Source: Raphidiopsis brookii D9 (GTDB lineage: Bacteria > Cyanobacteriota > Cyanobacteriia > Cyanobacteriales > Nostocaceae). Taken from it: DNA of 32,000 nucleotides. The stretch spans positions 1 through 32,000 of the forward strand of contig ACYB01000007.1 in assembly GCA_000175855.1 (NCBI GenBank), read 5' to 3'. A model generated the notes under the pieces. It did no database searches and was not told the origin of the DNA. It saw nothing but the letters and a program-made list of their open reading frames with translations. Positions 30,826 through 32,000 of the stretch are shown one piece after another; position 1 is the first letter of the stretch; every line of letters begins with the position of its first letter. The position numbers were made by a program, and so were the translations under genes.

Positions 30826-31614
30826 ATGGATTCAATTGTACAGACAAAGACTGCAAAATCGGAAGAATTTATTACGGTCAAAGGGTTGTGTAAGTCCTTT
30901 GCTGGACAACCTGTATACAAAAACTTTGACCTCAACCTAGACAATCATCAATTGGTCTCAATTTTTGGACCTAATGGGTGTGGTAAATCTACTTTAATCA
31001 ATATGATGAGTGGTTTAATTCCCCTGGATAAAGGTGAAATCAGAATCCATGGTAAACCTATTCACCGGACTCGGATTGGCTATGTATTTCAAAATTACCG
31101 AGACTCTCTTTTTCCCTGGATGAGCGCCTACGATAATATTGCCTATCCACTTCGTGTTAAAGGTATTTCTGAACGGGAGTGTCGTCATTCTGTAGAGCAT
31201 TTAATTGAGACTTTCAATATTTGTTTAGATCTAAAACGATATCCCTATAGTTTTTCTGGTGGACAGCAGCAGTTAGTTTCAATTCTCAGAGCGTTAGTTG
31301 CCCAACCGGAGGTGCTATTTTTAGATGAACCATTTTCAGCTTTAGACTTTGAAACTACCTTATTTGTACGGGATAAATTGCAAGAAATTTTCATGGCTAG
31401 TACCATTCCCATGTTGATGGTTGTACATAACCTAGAAGAGGCTATCTTTTTGGCTGATAAGATTTTATTATTAAGTAAACGTCCAACCCAGGTGGTTGAA
31501 ATGGTGAGCTTTGATGCTCCTCGACCTCGTACACCTGAAACCCTGACTTCTCGTAATTTTGTAGAAGTCAGTCGTTATTGTTTAGATATTTTTCGTCAGG
31601 AAATGCAAAAATGA
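30826..31614 (+). CDS. ABC transporter ATP-binding protein, NitT/TauT/SsuB-like
   Basis: Walker A FGPNGCGKSTLINMMSGL, signature YSFSGGQQQLVSILRAL, Walker B EVLFLDEPFSALD. Confidence 0.95.
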   Translation: MDSIVQTKTAKSEEFITVKGLCKSFAGQPVYKNFDLNLDNHQLVSIFGPNGCGKSTLINMMSGLIPLDKGEIRIHGKPIHRTRIGYVFQNYRDSLFPWMSAYDNIAYPLRVKGISERECRHSVEHLIETFNICLDLKRYPYSFSGGQQQLVSILRALVAQPEVLFLDEPFSALDFETTLFVRDKLQEIFMASTIPMLMVVHNLEEAIFLADKILLLSKRPTQVVEMVSFDAPRPRTPETLTSRNFVEVSRYCLDIFRQEMQK

Positions 31615-32000
31615 ATTTCCCATTTTCCATCAAGAACAAAAATTCAAACTCTGCTTTAAACTCCGATTTAATCCTGAACCGTTGTTTACCTTTAACTGGT
31701 GTTCTATTGTTTTTTGGATTGTGGTGGTTTATTGCTGTATCAGGATTTGTGAATCCTGTTTTGCTACCAACTCCCTTAGCAACAGTCCAAACCTTGATTG
31801 AGGGATTGTTTGGTGGTTCCATGTTCTCTGATTTAGCTACTACAGTTTTACGAACATTTAGCGCCTTTTTTCTAGCTACCTTATTTGGCATTCCCCTGGG
31901 TGTGGGATTGGGAAGTTCTGAAAAAATCTATCGTAGTGTGGAGTTTCTAATTGAGTTTTTTAGGTCTACACCTGCTAGTGCATTGATTCCCTTGTTTATT
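31611..32000 (+). CDS. ABC transporter permease, N-terminal part (runs off window)
   Basis: ATG at 31611 overlaps the ATPase stop (ATGA). Translates MNFPFSIKNKNSNSALNSDLILNRCLPLTGVLLFFGLWWFIAVSGFVNPVLLPTPLATVQTLIEGLFGGSMFSDLATTVLRTFSAFFLATLFGIPLGVGLG...EFFRSTPASALIPLFI. Confidence 0.92.
   Translation, partial: MNFPFSIKNKNSNSALNSDLILNRCLPLTGVLLFFGLWWFIAVSGFVNPVLLPTPLATVQTLIEGLFGGSMFSDLATTVLRTFSAFFLATLFGIPLGVGLGSSEKIYRSVEFLIEFFRSTPASALIPLFI

Noticed and set aside
31568-31891. 107-aa minus-strand ORF
   Set aside because: Antisense to the ABC permease start, which has an ATGA overlap with the ATPase gene and a clear permease sequence.
1-32000. CRISPR arrays, tRNA or rRNA genes
   Set aside because: No regularly spaced direct repeats and no tRNA or rRNA-like sequence was recognised by eye; a tRNAscan/Infernal run would be needed to exclude weak ncRNAs.

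Overview
The window looks like filamentous-cyanobacterium chromosome: HIP1 octamers GCGATCGC, an NdhD subunit and A+T-rich cyanobacterial-type proteins. Exact species cannot be asserted. From left to right it contains: (1) the 3' end of an AAA-like/PD-(D/E)XK protein; (2) an apparent one-direction operon (1521-8182) encoding an accessory Hsp70, a zinc-ribbon+TM+LysM protein, an 874-aa repeat/TPR-like protein, a small J-domain-like protein with no HPD motif, and a GrpE-like factor; (3) housekeeping genes: proA, a PGRP/Amidase_2-type amidase, metH, ndhD, a HEAT-repeat protein, a GNAT acetyltransferase, small membrane proteins and an MFS permease; (4) a DNA phosphorothioation locus with dndE-dndD-dndC on the minus strand and a divergent dndB on the plus strand. 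dndD and dndB are each broken by a single-base frameshift in a short homopolymer. Beside them is a three-gene minus-strand module: a small protein, a second DndD/Rad50-like ATPase, and a probable Dnd-associated protein; (5) an ABC importer (substrate-binding protein, ATPase, start of permease) whose first two genes are separated by a complete IS630-family element. The element has a likely -1 frameshift on A8G4 and TA target-site flanks. The two most novelty-relevant regions are the five-gene accessory Hsp70 operon and the phosphorothioation-adjacent ATPase module, which lies where no dndFGH genes are visible.
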